64,000 nucleotides of DNA. Source: Macrostomum lignano (lineage: Eukaryota). Where the stretch lies: positions 186,001 to 250,000 of the forward strand of contig NIVC01000168.1 in assembly GCA_002269645.1 (NCBI GenBank), in the 5' to 3' direction. Shown here one piece after another: positions 12,601-23,300 of the stretch (position 1 is its first letter; every line of letters starts with the position of its first letter). The notes beneath the pieces were generated by a model that was not told the origin of the DNA, did not search any database, and saw only the letters and a program-made list of their open reading frames with translations. Position numbers and translations under genes: made by a program.

Positions 12601-15600
12601 ATTTTTTTACGCACATCCGCTGTAACCGTGGCCACGTTGCATCCTGTGCACGCGTTCGAAACGCACACCTATAGTTGTTAAAGAACCGCCTGGTTTAACC
12701 GATTCTATATGTACCTGTGGATGCTTAAGTACATTTGTAATACAAAATGAATCAATTGACTAAGAACAAGAGGCCCTTAAGTAGGGGTTAATTTAGTAGG
12801 TGAAAATGTTTGTAAACGTTATAGAAATCATTATTAAAACCTTAAAGCGTTATATAGCCCAGCGGTCTAGCGAATCTTGGCTTGGCTCTGCTTGTGCAAT
12901 TATAACGGGTTTGAGGGCCAACCCCCAAGGCACAGCTAGTGAAGTGTACATGCCTAACGATAGATAAAGTCAAGGCCGCTGTACACTCGTGTAAGTGTGT
13001 GTCTGTGTGTGTGTGTGACTGTGTACGACTGCGTGCGAATGTGCCTGCTCAGGGGAGTCGGCGGAATGGGCAGTAATGCCCCACGCCGCTTGTGTGACAA
13101 TGTAGCTTAAAGTGCGCCAGGGTGCACACAGCCCCTGCCTTTAACTAAAAAATTTACAAAAACTTTCATCTCTTATATAGGGCTTTTGTAAACTGGATGC
13201 ATCACTATCAACAAAATAGTATTCAATAATTCTACGAGCGTAATACTTCAAAGTAGACAAATCTCACCATAGTGATTTGCGGATATCCTCTGCAGATAGC
13301 ATTGGTTGGACCAATTCTAGTGTCGAGGACAACTTGACTGTCTGATTGATCTGGCACGGTAAACGCGGACGTACTAGCCTCAAATGTGTAGCCAGTTGTT
13401 GACAATTGAAATGCGTTCACAACGAAAACTTTTGATAAAGAATCGTCCGTGATATTTGTGAAGGCTGGAATCGAAACGTTTTTTTGGAATTAGTTGGAAT
13501 GCCTAATTATCATGAAAAAATGTGCGCTTAGTTTTATATCTAGACTAACCAGCTGGAGTTGTTGGTGGGATTGTAGTAACAGTCGATGGTGCAGCAGTCG
13601 ATGGTGCAACAGTCGATGGTGCAACAGTCGATGGTGCAACAGTCGATGGTACAACAGTCGTTGGTGCAGCAGTCGATGGTACAACAGTCGTTGGTGCAGC
13701 AGTCGTTGGTGCAGCAGTCGATGGTGCAACAGTCGTTGGTGCAGCAGTCGATGGTGCAGCAGTCGTTGGTGCAGCAGTCGTTGGTGCAGCAGTCGTTGGT
13801 GCAGCAGTCGTTGGTGCAGCAGTCGTTGGTGCAACAGTCGTTGGTGCAACAGTCGTTGGTGCAACAGTCGTTGGTGCAACAGTCGTTGGTGCAGCAGTCG
13901 TTGGTGCAACAGTCGTTGGTGCAACAGTCGTTGGTGCAGCAGTCGTTGGTGCAGCAGTCGTTGGTGCAACAGTCGTTGGTGCAGCAGTCGTTGGTGCAGC
14001 AGTCGTTGGTGCAACAGTCGTTGGTGCAACAGTCGTTGGTGCAACAGTAGTTGGTGCAACAGTCGTTGGTGCAGCAGTCGTTGGTGCAGCAGTCGATGGT
14101 GTAGCAGTCGTTGGTGCAACAGTCGTTTGCTCAAAAGTCGATGGTGCGACAGTCGTTGGTGCAACAGTTGATGCAGAACCTACAATATTTTTTAAGTGCT
14201 CCTTTGGAGTCAGGTTCACAATCGAGGACTTTACTGCAATCCACTACTTTTACTGTGATAGGCGTGCAATTAAGACAACATGTAATCATGAACTGTTAGT
14301 GAAGTGACAAAATTAATTAACTTTATATGAAGCTAATCCTTTCCTGACTCATTATACAACTGGTTTCACTTAGAAAACCCTGGATTACCTAAATCTGTTG
14401 CTCCACCTGTAACAACTCCAATTGATGCAGTCGTGGCGCTGCCTCCGGCTCCACCGGTGCCTCCTCCAGGCACTGTCGTAGGGGTGCCTCCAGCTCCACC
14501 GGTGCCTCCTCCAGGCACTGTCGTAGGGGTGCCTCCGGCTCCACCGGTGCCTCCTCCAGGCACTGTCGTAGCGGTGCCTCCAGCTCCACCGGTGCCTCCT
14601 CCAGGCACTGTCGTAGGGGTGCCTCCGGCTCCACCGATGCCTCCTCCAGGTATTGTCGTAGCGGTGCCTCCAGCTCCTCCGGTGCCTCCAGGTACTGTCG
14701 TAGGGGTGCCTCCGGCTCCACCGGTGCCTCCTCCAGGCACTGTCGTAGCAGTGCCTCCAGCTCCACCGGTGCCTCCTCCAGGCACTGTCGTAGGGGTGCC
14801 TCCGGCTCCACCGGTGCCTCCTCCAGGTATTGTCGTAGCGGTGCCTCCAGCTCCTCCGGTGCCTCCAGGTACTGTCGTAGCGGTGCCTCCGGCTCCACCG
14901 GTGCCTCCAGGTACTGTCGTAGCGGTGCCTCCAGCTCCTCCGGTGCCTCCTCCAGGTATTGTGGTAGCGGTGCCTCCAGGTACTGTCGTAGAGGTGCCTC
15001 CAGCTCCACCGGTGCCTCCAGGTACTGTCGTAGCGGTACCTCCAGCTCCACCGGTGCCTCCTCCAGGCACTGTCGTAGGGGTGCCTCCGGCTCCACCGGT
15101 GCCTCCTCCAGGCACTGTCGTAGCAGTGCCTCCAGCTCCACCGGTGCCTCCTCCAGGCACTGTCGTAGGGGTGCCTCCGGCTCCACCGGTGCCTCCAGGT
15201 ATTGTCGTAGCGGTGCCTCCAGCTCCTCCGGTGCCTCCAGGTACTGTCGTAGCGGTGCCTCCGGCTCCACCGGTGCCTCCAGGTACTGTCGTAGCGGTGC
15301 CTCCAGCTCCTCCGGTGCCTCCTCCAGGTATTGTGGTAGCGGTGCCTCCAGGTACTGTCGTAGAGGTGCCTCCAGCTCCACCGGTGCCTCCAGGTACTGT
15401 CGTAGCGGTGCCTCCAGCTCCACCGGTTCCTCCTCCAGGTATTGTCGTAGCGGTGCCTCCAGCTCCACCGGTGCCTCCTCCAGGTATTGTCGTAGCGGTG
15501 CCTCCTGCCCCTCCGGTGCCTTCAGGTACTGTCGTGGCGGTACCTCCGGCTCCACCGGTGCCTCCAGTTTCCCCGGTGCCTCCACGTACTGTCGTAGCGG

Positions 15601-17597
15601 TGCCTCCGGCTCCATTGGTGCTTCCAGGTACTGTCGTAGAGGTTCCGCCGGCTCCACCGGTGCCTCCAGTTTCACCGGTGCCTCCTCCAGGTATTGTGGG
15701 ATTGGTGCTTCCGGTTCCACCGGTGCCTCCAGTTTCACCGGTGCCTCCTCCAGGTGGTGTTGTCACTGACCCAGCGCTCATATCACTGGTGCTACGTGAA
15801 CTAAGTGTGTTGGTTTCTGTGCCTGTTACAAGGTGTGCATGATTTTTTGCTAAGTGATAATATTTCGCTAATGTTGCAAAATTTGTGACTATTTCGCTAG
15901 TGGGCTTGAGTCATTTTCGTCAAAAGTTAGTATTGCGTCGAAACAAATTAGACAATTGCTTCTTGTAAAGTTGTGATCTTAGACTTAAAGCTTACCGGTG
16001 ACAAGTTAATGATTGATATATTCAGTGATGCTATACACAAGAGCTATATTTGGCTACAATTTTACATGTAAATTGCCTAGAGCAAATCTGTCATTTTACG
16101 TAATGAATGCAGCCTCACCAAACACTGCAGATGTCGTTTCGCTTGAGCCTGCTCCGAGAGCTGTCATGTCAGTGCCTCCAGCTCCACCGGTGCCTCCTCC
16201 AGGTGCAGTCGTGGCGGTGCCTCCTCCAGGTACTGTCGTGTCAGTGCCTACAGCTCCACCGGTGCCTCCTCCAGGTACTGTCGTGTCAGTGCCTCCAGCT
16301 CCACCGGTGCCTCCTCCAGGTGCAGTCGTGGCGGTGCCTCCGGATCCACCGGTTTCTGTTCCACTTCCTCCTCCAGGTGCAGTCGTGTCAGTGCTTCCAG
16401 CTCCACCGGTGCCTCCTTCAGGTGCAGTCGTGGCGGTGCCTCCAGCTCCACCGGTGCCTCCTCCAGGTGCAGTCGTGTCAGTGCCTCCAGCTCCACCGGT
16501 GCCTCCTCCAGGTGCAGTCGTGTCAGTGCCTCCAGCTCCACCGGTGCCTCCTCCAGGTGCAGTCGTAGCGGTGCCTCCAGGTTCACCGGTGCCTCCTCCA
16601 GGTGCAGTCGTAGCAGTGCCTCCAGCTCCACCGGTGCCTCCTCCAGGTGCAGTCGTGTCAGTGCCTCCAGCTCCACCGGTGCCTCCTCCAGGTGCAGTCG
16701 TGGCAGTGCCTCCAGGTTCACCGGTGCCTCCTCCAGGTGCAGTTGTAGCAGTGCCTCCAGCTCCACCGGTGCCTCCTCCAGGTGCAGTCGTGGCAGTGCC
16801 TCCAGCTCCACCGGTGCCTCCTCCAGGTGCAGTCGTGGCGGTGCCTCCAGATTCACCGGTGCCTCCAGATTCACCGGTGCCTCCTCCAGGTGCAGTCGTG
16901 GCAGTGCCTCCAGCTCCACCGGTGCCTCCTCCAGGTGCAGTCGTAGCGGTGCCTCCAGGTTCACCGGTGCCTCCTCCAGGTGCAGTCGTAGCAGTGCCTC
17001 CAGCTCCACCGGTGCCTCCTCCAGGTGCAGTCGTGGCGGTGCCTCCAGATTCACCGGTGCCTCCTCCAGGTGCAGTCGTGGCAGTGCCTCCAGCTCCACC
17101 GGTGCCTCCTCCAGGTGCAGTCGTAGCAGTGCCTCCAGCTCCACCGGTGCCTCCTCCAGGTGCAGTCGTGGTGGTGCCTCCAGATTCACCGGTGCCTCCT
17201 CCAGGTGCAGTCGTGGCAGTGCCTACAGCTCCACCGGTGCCTCCTCCAGGTGCAGTCGTAGCGGTGCCTCCAGCTTCACCGGTGCCTCCTCCAGGTGCAG
17301 TCGTAGCGGTACCTCCAGTTCCACCGGTGCCTCCACCCTGCAGAGTAGTCGCCGATGGCAAAGTGCTAAAGACGGTGGGCCCAGCTGTTGTCAAATAGAT
17401 GGATGTCGAGGGATTGCAGACGCAGGTCCCAGTTGCAGTCGTCTGACCAGTGACACCTGTAAATGTTTCAAAATGAAAATTAACTCTTATATTTTGCAAA
17501 GGACTTTGCTGTAATTTAAGCTGAGGCAAGCTAGTACGTTACCTGTATTTTCCATAACCGTAAGTATCGACAGGGCACATGTAATCAGCCTGGTCAT
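9633..17597 (-). CDS. Type I transmembrane mucin-like protein, ~1603 aa; exons 17597-17543, 17456-16119, 15822-14389, 14179-13550, 13464-13268, 12668-11844, 11277-11063, 9750-9633
   Basis: All GT-AG introns are phase-compatible (1,1,1,1,0,0,2) and the total of 4812 nt is divisible by 3. Order of parts: signal-like N-terminus [22 protein letters not shown]; two Gly/Thr repeat exons ([15 protein letters not shown]); a [10 protein letters not shown] exon; a Cys-containing region; a polybasic RRRRR-Q site; a SEA-like segment; TM helix [22 protein letters not shown]; cytoplasmic tail ending DGVF*. The exact start codon and the exon 4 acceptor are less certain. Confidence 0.85.
9838..10975. repeat. 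22-bp minisatellite (~50 copies) in last intron of the mucin-like gene
   Basis: Unit CTCTTCACTCTATCCCCACACA; 22 is not a multiple of 3, which explains the three cyclic [13 protein letters not shown] ORFs. Confidence 0.97.
11362..11745. repeat. Compound 15-bp (AGCACCAGGGGCGCC) then 15/16-bp (AGCACCAAGGGGCTTT) minisatellite, mucin-like gene intron 6
   Basis: Direct inspection; the unit changes near 11563. Confidence 0.95.
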
Positions 17598-19329
17598 CAA
17601 CCATATCCTCTGCATGATTAAAAAAATGCACGCCCAAATTAACAAAGTTAAAGTATAATAGTAGATATTTTTATTGGCGAAACATGCAGAGCTCTATACT
17701 TATGCACCTTAAAAGTAATTGAGAGTTTCTGTTCTCGGTAGCTAGCAGTCTGTTTTACCGTAAGGTCTGTGTAATATACTATTCGACACAAGATGGCACG
17801 CCCTAGTGGATAGTGGCTATAGGCTAATACCCACCCACACGCACAGACACCACATGCCAGAGAGAGAGATTGCTGCAATCTACAATAGAACTACGAGTAT
17901 TAAATAACACTGCAGATGCCCAATCCGATGAAGTACAGCAATTTCTCGCATAACCCATGACAGTGGTGGAATATGACGGCTTTTTCGTGCAAATGCATAC
18001 ATTTTTCTATTAACCTTCAATCCTGTTTGCTTATAGGCGTGCCCAGACGACACTGGAGGGCGAACTGTGTGGGGTGAAGAGAAGAAATAGAAAAACTACA
18101 AAAAAAGAGAAAAAAATCTTTAAACAAATTTGAGCTGAGTAATCATCTTGAGAAAAAATTCTGCTTGTCAATAAATTGTTCGCCTAAATCATGCACAAAA
18201 AATGCATACAGACTGGCCTCGAACGTTGGTGGAAAAACTGTGCTGCAGACTATAAGATAGGAAAGAACAGAACCTACTGTTGTGCTTTCAAGGCGAGATC
18301 AACACTGTCTAAAAATTATCTTTTAATTTCAATATTTGCATGAGTATAACCTACTGTCTGTAACTAAGCCATACTATTTCTATTGTGCTTGAAGGGTCGC
18401 CTTCTTAACTTCCATCTTCTCACCGCGTGCTTACTCACTGCGTGCTACTCTGTGTCCGCACTCTCTCCTCTCCGAGTCCGATCTCTACAATTTTTCTATC
18501 CTTTCATCTGTGCAGCATCACAACAGAAAAAAAGTAATTTTCTGCAGCTTGAGAGAGCAGATTTGCAAACTGATAGCCAGCGGGGTGCTCGCTTCAATGA
18601 ATGAACCTGAGTATCTTTTCAGTTTTAAGAATGAAATGCAATTGTGTGGGTACTTGTGCCATCTGCTTGAAATGAATACCCTTCCTTCTTATAGTGAGCA
18701 AGTGGCTGAGTTATTTGCTTAATTTTGTTATTTCAAAAGCAAACCGCAAACTGATTCTTAAAATTATTTAATATTAAAAAAATTGTTGATTTGTTCACCA
18801 TTTTATATTCAAAATTAAAGTTTTCTACGATGGAGTGCGTGACGATTAAGGCGGGAGACTTTTTGTGTAGCGGATAATTTAATTTAGTTTGATTGAGTCA
18901 ACGATCCAGATCAGCAGCCGCGATTTCACACTAGCGTAATGTACATTAGTACTTAATGAACTTTAATGCAATGGTCTCTGGTTGCGCTTTGCGAAAACCG
19001 GTCGGGACCCTGTTGTTGATTGGTGGGCCGAGGTAGGCTCGAGGAAACATGATATCAATTGATAAACAAGCCTAGCTAATCCATCAGACAACCCCTTGAG
19101 ACACAATGTACAAATTAATCGATAAAATATCGTGCTAGAATACTGCGAAGTAAATTCATATGCATAGATAGGAACTACTTTGCGAGAAGTGACACAATAT
19201 GCATGAAATACAAATAATATAATAAATACATGCGAGGCGACAAATAACTACAAATACAAAAGCAACATAAGCGTAACCTTAATACGTATTTGATATTGTT
19301 AAAATGAATGAATGATTACAAGTAGCATG

Positions 19330-19695
19330 GTATGCGTGCGAAATGCGATCTTACAGTAAAATTTGAAGTGCATAATTAACTTAGTCAGCTTTTATGGATC
19401 TTGTTTGCAGCATGCAAGTACGACCGAAATTTTGCTGAGTGAAGTGTTTTGATTTTTTTATTATTGACACCGTCGTCATGAGTGTGCAATCGAAAGAAGA
19501 CCAAAGGCACAGAATGCTCAAGCGATGGGAAAAGTATGTTGTTACAGGTGGAGACTATGTTGAGAAGGCTGCCTTGAAGGTTGCTAATGATGATGAATGA
19601 CTACAATTCATTTCTTAAAAGGAAAAAAACATCGCCTTTTGTATTTTTTAACCTCTTACTATAAGACTATTCATGCATAACTTTTGAATGAAATG
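19330..19695 (+). mobile_element. Internally deleted mariner-family element (boundaries approximate)
   Basis: The 40-aa ORF 19478-19600 (MSVQSKEDQR-HRMLKRWEKYVVTGGDYVEK...) joins a mariner-like N-terminus to the mariner C-terminal RW.K.V...GDYVEK motif. Downstream ACTTTTGAATGA resembles a mariner right TIR. The left TIR was not identified. Confidence 0.6.
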
Positions 19696-20383
19696 ACCAA
19701 AATACACGCGACTGAATTCATTGGAAAGAAGAGATTTGCCGCTTTGAAATGACACCAAAGTTGTGCTTGTAGAGCTGCTACTGTCTTGCTCTGGGATTAA
19801 AAGTGTCAGAACCAGTGTCAGAACCACTGTTTAGTACTTTTAGTAGCAATTAGTACATGTAGGTGCTGCCACAATACTATGACAATTCACGGCGAAAATC
19901 TAAATTGTGACTCCGTTTGCTCAAACTAAGCCTGAGGATTCTTCTTTGATACCAGAACAAAAAAACGAATTCGAAAAAGTTTCGCCTCAAGTGCATGTCA
20001 TCGTATGAAATAAAAAAAGGCAAAAACTGAAACAAGTATATTTTAATTAAAGTCAGTAACCTAATGCTTTAAAAAAATTATTTACATGCTTTATATAGTA
20101 AACGGAATAGTAAATATGATAGTTGTTAATATAGTTTCGCGAAAACTAGTCAATTATTTTCGCACAGCGATATTATAAAAATGAACTACAGGTAAAAAAG
20201 ACTTGCTCTATATCTAAGCAATTGAAGGTGAAAAAGTTTGGAAGTAGAATATTTATAGCTACTGTTAAAACGAGCCGTTTTTAAATTGAAACAAGTGTTT
20301 TTTGATACTGCAAGCTTATTTCTGAGTTGAGCTCTACTATAATCTACAATAAGTAGTTGATTAAAAAGTAACACGAACAAACG

Positions 20384-23300
20384 TCACGATCTAGTAACAA
20401 TATATCGTCCGCCCGAACCAGAATGTACTTTTGCCTCTTTTCGACTCGGCGATTGCTCGCGTCGACGACTGCTGTGACTTTTGCGCGATTTTACCTGCGA
20501 CATTTTTAAAGATGACAAAAGTGCATATAAGCATGGTATGATGATAGTCCCTAGTAGAGTCTCTCCTGGAATTATGATTCATTTCAAGTTCTAATTAACT
20601 GATGAAGCCACCTAACTACAAACGCATGCTAACTTCATGCAGAAGAAAATAAATCGTCCGTAAAAGTATCAAAAAGTGTACTTTGAAGCAAAATTTGGCC
20701 TTGAATGAATCCAACACTATCTGTTGCAGCATAGCCCCAAGGAAGGCCTGAACTGGCTAGTCTAATATACTAAAAATTTTCTAATAACCTTTTCATCCGA
20801 TTTCGTTCTAGCCGATCGCAAACCCCGCCGAGTCGGCGACATGTCGATCAGGTTGCGTCGTTCCAGCTCGGCAAGCGACTGTCTCAGAGCGGCTACAGTT
20901 GATGCAGCAGTTTCTGGAATTCTTTTATCGACTGCAGACGCAATTGCTGCGGAAGACCTTGATTGCTTCTTAACGTTTGCCTGCTTTGACTTGATGTCTT
21001 CAAATCGATTGGGAGATCTGCGACGACGCGGCGAACTTTCGTTGCTAGGCGGATGTGGAATGGACTTTTACATATGTAGTTATACGAGGTAGTTACTTAT
21101 TAAACTTATTCCCATTGAGGCTCCACATTGACACGAGGGGGCAATGTGGATGCAGGAAGTCACGCCCGGCCACCGTTCCACCGACCCCTAAGCCGGAACA
21201 CGCTCATACAGGGTGTACAGCGGCCCTGACTTTCTGAACGTCACTACTGGCATGTACGAGTTCACTGCGCCTTGGGTATTGGCCCTTATGGGCCCGCACG
21301 AAAGCCAATTTAATGTGCATGAGCCCCAAACGATTGTGGCTGGTGCTAAAGCCCCTTGGTGCTAAAGCCCCTTGGTGCTAAAGCCCCTTGGTGCTAAAGC
21401 CCCTTGGTGCTAAAGCCCCTTGGTGCTAAAGCCCCTTGGTGCTAAAGCCCCTTGGTGCTAAAGCCCCTTGGTGCTAAAGCCCCTTGGTGCTAAAGCCCCT
21501 TGGTGCTAAAGCCCCTTGGTGCTAAAGCCCCTTGGTGCTAAAGCCCCTTGGTGCTAAAGCCCCTTGGTGCTAAAGCCCCTTGGTGCTAAAGCCCCTTGGT
21601 GCTAAAGCCCCTTGGTGCCGGAGCCAAAAAGACGCTTCCTTTAACCACCGATAAAAAAACGAGACTGCATACAGCTTCAATTTTATCTCCGTAAAATGCC
21701 GTCAGCTGACAAACAACAAAGATGTAAACACGCATACTCCGCCAGACACTCACCTTCCAGCAACTCTCAGCCAATCCTCACAATCAGCTGCCATCTCGCT
21801 CTGCTGCTTCGCCTTGAGCCGGAAATTCTCAGTCAGCAATTCGTCAACTCGACTGTTCGCCTCGGCAAGTCGAGCCCTGAGCCAGTCGGCCTCGCGTCGG
21901 CTCTCCGCCAACAGTGCGGCCAGCTCAGCCAGCTGACCATGCAGGTGAACTGATCGCCATTCGTCGCCAGAATCGACAACAGAACTGGTTAGCTGACGGG
22001 GTGATTCGATTTGTTCTGCCTCGGGAGCTTGATAGTGCAACAACTGTTGCTGATGTTTTTTAAGACGATTCAAATCTTCTTGCTGCGATTCTAAATAGCA
22101 GCTGTGTCTAGATAACTGGACAGGACTGGCAGCAGGCCCAATATCGCTTGAATCTCTAAGCTGAAAACAGTGCACAGTGAGAATTTATAGGATACGTTTT
22201 AAATTTTAGCACTTTCTACTCACAGTCAAAGGTGATCATACTCGATACTTGTTGATAGAGTTTACCCAATGAAAACGATACTTAGACCAAGAAGTGTCCC
22301 AGAGTCTGGGTGTAAGTCGACGTCACGATGTAAGTCGCCAAACCTATTGTAGATGGCCTAGAGTCACTAGATGGCCTAGAGTCCCTAGATGGCCTAGAGT
22401 CCCTAGATGGCCTAGAGTCCCTAGATGGCCTAGAGTCCCTAGATGGCCTAGAGTCCCTAGATGGCCTAGAGTCCCTAGATGGCCTAGAGTCACTAGATGG
22501 CCTAGAGTCACTAGATGGTCTAGAGTCCCTAGATGGCCTAGAGTCCCTAGATGGCCTAGAGTCCCTAGATGGCCTAGAGTCACTAGATGGTCTAGAGCCC
22601 CTAGATGGCCTAGAGTCCCTAGATGGCCTAGAGTCCCTAGATGGCCTAGAGTCCCTAGATGGCCTAGAGTCCCTAGATGGCCTAGAGTCCCTAGATGGCC
22701 TAGAGTCCCTAGATGGCCTAGAGTCCCTAGATGGCCTAGAGTCACTAGATGGCCTAGAGTCACTAGATGGTCTAGAGCCCCTAGATGGCCTAGAGTCACT
22801 AGATGGCCTAGAGCCCCTAGATGGCCTAGAGTCACTAGATGGCCTATAGAGTCACTAGATGGCCTAGAGTCCCTAGATTGCCTAGAGTCACTAGATGGCC
22901 TAGAGTCCCTAGATGGCCTAGAGTCCCTAGATTGCCTAGAGTCACTAGATGGCCTATAGAGTCACTAGATGGCCTAGAGTCCCTAGATGGCCTAGAGTCA
23001 CTAGATGGCCTATAGAGTCACTAGATGGCCTAGAGTCCCTAGATTGCCTAGAGTCACTAGATGGCCTAGAGTCACTAGATGGCCTAGAGTCACTAGATGG
23101 CCTAGAGTCACTAGATGGTCTAGAGCCCCTAGATGGCCTAGAGTCACTAGATGGCCTAGAGTCACTATAGTGAGTTGTTTGCACTGACTTTTGTCACGGT
23201 CTTTTCACGGTAAAACACGAAGTTTGACACATACGGATGAACATTAGTAACAAAGGAAAACTACTTCATAGATTAATTAAAGTCTTCCGCTAGTAACTGA

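Noticed and set aside
13490-14299. His/Leu, Cys/Trp and Gln/Val repeat ORFs
   Set aside because: Other frames of the 15-bp TTAAP repeat exon.
14433-17398. Pro-rich plus-strand ORFs of 469 and 461 aa, and LEEAP ORFs on the minus strand
   Set aside because: Antisense or alternate-frame shadows of the Gly/Thr repeat exons; only the GGT frame joins the spliced gene.
18383-18722. Short coding-like ORFs, possible transposase remnant
   Set aside because: No recognisable motif or termini.
21345-23165. Regular short repeats that might be taken for CRISPR arrays
   Set aside because: Head-to-tail units with no unique spacers, no cas genes, and eukaryotic intronic context.
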